The translations under genes and the position numbers were made by a program. 64,000 bases of DNA from positions 1-64,000 of the forward strand of contig CAZGJX010000008.1 of the NCBI GenBank assembly GCA_964525635.1, given 5' to 3'. This document shows positions 60,983 through 64,000 of the stretch, one piece after another. The notes under the pieces are model-generated. The model did not search any database. It was not told where the DNA came from and worked only from the letters and a program-made list of their open reading frames with translations. The stretch's first letter is position 1. Every line of letters starts with the position of its first letter. Source of the stretch: an uncultured archaeon (GTDB lineage Archaea; Asgardarchaeota; Lokiarchaeia; Sigyniarchaeales; SOKP01).

Positions 60983-62332
60983 ATGTTTCATTCAACGAAT
61001 TATAATACAGAAGATGTGGATTTTAAAACAGCGATTCTAAGGGGTCAAGCCTTAGATAAAGGATTATATATGCTTAATGAGATCCCCAAATTGGAAGAGA
61101 AGCAGATATATTCATTTAAAGATCTAAAATTTACTGAGATTGGATATAATGTGCTTTCTAAAGTAATAAAAGAAAGTATACCTGAAAAGGATCTTAGAAA
61201 AATTATAGATGATGCATTAAATTTTGATGTACCTATTGAACAAATTTCAGATAATGATTATATGTGTTTTTTAGATAGGGGACCAACTTGTAGCTTTAAG
61301 GATTTTGGTGCTCGTACTTTAGCAAGAATTATGGGATATTTTCTAAAAAAAGAGGATAAAAATATAATCATTTTAACGGCTACTTCAGGAGATACTGGTG
61401 GTGCAGTCGCCCAAGCTTTTTATGAGATGGATAGAATAAAAGTCATAGTTTTATATCCTAAGGAAGAGATAAGTGATTTACAAAGAAAACAAATGACAAC
61501 TCTAGGAAAAAACATAACAGCTATAGGTATTAATGGTAAATTTGATGATTGTCAAAGATATGCGAAAAAAGCATTCGCAGATAATGATTTAAAAGAATTA
61601 AATCTAACTTCAGCGAATTCTATAAATTTCGGTAGGTTATTACCACAAACTCTTTATTACTTTTGGAGTTATTCACGCATAATAGAGAAAAAAACTGAAG
61701 AAGTTATTTTTTCTGTTCCTTCTGGGAATTTTGGTAATTTAATGGGAGGATTAATAGCATATAACATGGGACTTCCAGTTAGAAAATTCATTGCGGCAGT
61801 TAACGAGAATGATGAATTTCCTGTATTTTTAAATACAGGTAATTATAAAAAAGTTGAGCCTTCTAAAAATTGCATCTCCAATGCTATGAATGTTGGACAT
61901 CCTTCCAATCTTGCTCGTCTGATTGATTTATATGATGGACAGATTGATGAAATAGGAAAAATCAATAAACAACCAAATATAAAGAAAATGAAACAAGATA
62001 TCATATCATATTCTATTAATAATGAGCTAACTAAAGATAATATTAAAGATTTCTATAGGAAACAGAATAAAATTATTGAACCTCATGGAGCTGTAGGATG
62101 GGCGGCTCTTCAAATCTATAGAAATGAATTTCCAAAATTTAAAAATTACAAATCAATAACTCTAGAGACGGCAGATCCTGCTAAATTTCCTGAAGAAATA
62201 ATAAATTTAATTAATATTATACCTAAATTACCTAAATCTTTAAAATTGATCCAAAAAAAAGAAGAATTCCCTAATCCAACTGAAATAAGGAGTTATTTAG
62301 AATTTAAAAATTATTTAAAAATTAGTTATTAA
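60983..62332 (+). CDS. thrC: Threonine synthase
   Basis: GPTCSFKDFG (PLP Lys), ATSGDTGG, NSINFGRLLPQ, VPSGNFGN, EPHGA, ADPAKF. Confidence 0.95.
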   Translation: MFHSTNYNTEDVDFKTAILRGQALDKGLYMLNEIPKLEEKQIYSFKDLKFTEIGYNVLSKVIKESIPEKDLRKIIDDALNFDVPIEQISDNDYMCFLDRGPTCSFKDFGARTLARIMGYFLKKEDKNIIILTATSGDTGGAVAQAFYEMDRIKVIVLYPKEEISDLQRKQMTTLGKNITAIGINGKFDDCQRYAKKAFADNDLKELNLTSANSINFGRLLPQTLYYFWSYSRIIEKKTEEVIFSVPSGNFGNLMGGLIAYNMGLPVRKFIAAVNENDEFPVFLNTGNYKKVEPSKNCISNAMNVGHPSNLARLIDLYDGQIDEIGKINKQPNIKKMKQDIISYSINNELTKDNIKDFYRKQNKIIEPHGAVGWAALQIYRNEFPKFKNYKSITLETADPAKFPEEIINLINIIPKLPKSLKLIQKKEEFPNPTEIRSYLEFKNYLKISY

Positions 62333-62427
62333 TTTGAATAAGAATTTTATTAAAAATTATATAAATCTTTATTTTGTTTGGTTTTTATTATTATTTTAAT
62401 TCATTATTATTTAAATAAGATTTTACA

Positions 62428-63372
62428 ATGGAGTTTTTAAAAGAACCAGATGAAAGTCAAAAGATCCTATTTACGGGACTTGATGGCGCAGGAAAAACCT
62501 CAATAATAATGGCATTAAAGAGGGAATTTTCAAAGATTGCCATACTAACCCCTACTCGGGGCGCACAAAGAAGAATTTTTGACTTTTTGGGAAAAAGTAT
62601 ATCAGAATGGGATTTAGGTGGTCAAAAATTATATCGTATTGCCTATCTAAGAAATCCAAATAAATACTTTGATAATACAGAAATTGCTATTTATGTTATA
62701 GATATTCAAGATAAAGAGAGAATTAAAGAATCAATTAATTATCTTCAAGATGTAATTAAAAAATTTAAAGAATTAGAAATAAAACCACCAATATATTTAT
62801 TTTTTCATAAATTTGATCCTGCATTGGAAAAAAGCGCTTATAATGAGTATACAGATATAATAACGGAATTAAAACAACAAATAAATAAAACAACGAAATA
62901 TAAAGACTTATTGTTTTATAATACATCTATATATGATTTACCATCATTAATTAAAGCAATGTCTGAAATCTTTTTAACATTATATCCTAAATCCGAATTA
63001 ATAGATAAAACTATAAAACAATTTGCTAAGAAAATCGAATCTGAAGGTGTAGTGGTAATAGATGATAATTCTCTACAAATTGGTGGTTTTTTTAAAAATG
63101 ATAATATTAAAGAAATCTTAAATTCATCAACACCCTATTTTTTAACCCTTAATGACAGTTTTAAAGTTGCTGAAAAGAGAAATTCATCATTATTGAATAC
63201 AGAGAATCAAGTAATGGTTAAACGAAATAATAAATATTTTATTTTCAAGCAAATATCATTAAAAAAGGAATTTTCTCCATATTATTTATTATTAGTAAAA
63301 GAGAAACCAGAGTATAATAAAGAAGATATTGATTCACTTTCAATATTGTTAAAGGAAATTTTATATAAATAA
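62428..63372 (+). CDS. Rag/Gtr-like (Arf superfamily) GTPase with C-terminal roadblock-like domain
   Basis: GLDGAGKTS, PTRG, WDLGGQ, HKFD, TSIYD; VVVIDDNSLQIG. Confidence 0.85.
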   Translation: MEFLKEPDESQKILFTGLDGAGKTSIIMALKREFSKIAILTPTRGAQRRIFDFLGKSISEWDLGGQKLYRIAYLRNPNKYFDNTEIAIYVIDIQDKERIKESINYLQDVIKKFKELEIKPPIYLFFHKFDPALEKSAYNEYTDIITELKQQINKTTKYKDLLFYNTSIYDLPSLIKAMSEIFLTLYPKSELIDKTIKQFAKKIESEGVVVIDDNSLQIGGFFKNDNIKEILNSSTPYFLTLNDSFKVAEKRNSSLLNTENQVMVKRNNKYFIFKQISLKKEFSPYYLLLVKEKPEYNKEDIDSLSILLKEILYK

Positions 63373-63623
63373 GGAAATTTCTATTTCTTAAAATTTTTTC
63401 TTTCTATATCCAAATATATATACTCTTAAAGATTTTAAATAAAAATCTTTTTCTCTGGAGAGAAATTAATATATATGTGAATTTGTATATATTTATTGAA
63501 GAAAAGTTATTTCTAATTAATTAATAGATCTAATTTATCAAGAGAGAATAGAAAAATAAAATTAAATTATTAAATAAATATATTATAGATTATATATAAT
63601 ACAGGAAAATTATAAGGAGATAA

Positions 63624-64000
63624 GTGGATTTGATTATTTGTACTAACTGTGGCTCTGTTAATGCGGATGATGAAGGAAGAGTTTGCAGAAAATGTGGTGC
63701 ATTTCTTCCTATATCCTCTAAAGCACCTCGTCTGAAAATTTCATCAAATAAAAAAAAACCTAAAACGCATATAAAAGGAAAAGAAAAAAAAAAATCAGAA
63801 ATAAAAATTCCTAATAATGCTAACCTAGAAATGATAGGAGAAACTAATATTTTTTATAACAAAAAAACTGAAAAATCTAAAAAGCAAATGCAACTTCAAG
63901 AGATTCCTAAACAAGATGAAGTTGAAATCAAGGATAAAAAAAAAGATTATTATATACCCGAAAAAACTGAAAAAAGTAAACAAATTTTAGAAGAGATCGA
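63624..64000 (+). CDS. Zinc-ribbon protein, 3' partial (not in ORF track)
   Basis: GGAGA then GTG 63624 (or TTG 63630); CTNCG...CRKCG; frame stays open to the window end. Confidence 0.75.
   Translation, partial: MDLIICTNCGSVNADDEGRVCRKCGAFLPISSKAPRLKISSNKKKPKTHIKGKEKKKSEIKIPNNANLEMIGETNIFYNKKTEKSKKQMQLQEIPKQDEVEIKDKKKDYYIPEKTEKSKQILEEI

Noticed and set aside
1-64000. tRNA, rRNA, CRISPR, IS or integrase
   Set aside because: No cloverleaf, rRNA-like tract, repeat-spacer array or transposase/integrase motif seen by eye; tRNAscan-SE, Infernal and ISEScan would be needed to exclude them formally

Overview
Very AT-rich archaeal chromosomal segment, almost certainly from an Asgard archaeon of the Lokiarchaeia/Promethearchaeota type. 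This is inferred from archaeal information-processing genes (TBP, two TFB-family proteins, Alba, type IA topoisomerase, methanogen-type SerRS) occurring with eukaryotic signature proteins (an actin-related protein, one Rab-like and two Arf/Rag-like small GTPases with longin-like or roadblock-like domains). About 50 CDSs, several decayed genes, and no rRNA, tRNA, CRISPR array or transposase that I can support. Most notable: (1) a recurring two-gene module of a single-pass surface protein with a swappable ectodomain and a conserved cytoplasmic tail, followed by a multi-winged-helix regulator (three copies: intact, remnant, and frameshifted), a candidate transmembrane signalling system; (2) a coiled-coil/poly-proline/WH2-like protein encoded two genes upstream of a divergent actin-related gene; (3) two tandem P2A-scaffold ATPases that lost the Ca2+ site II ligands, one with a TM4 motif resembling P4 lipid flippases (NIMPINL); (4) longin-like domains fused to Rab-like and Rag-like GTPases; (5) an archaeosortase with unusual fusions plus a PGF-type sorting-signal substrate; (6) an ATA-start gene missed by the ORF track. 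All family calls come from motif recognition by eye; no searches were run.
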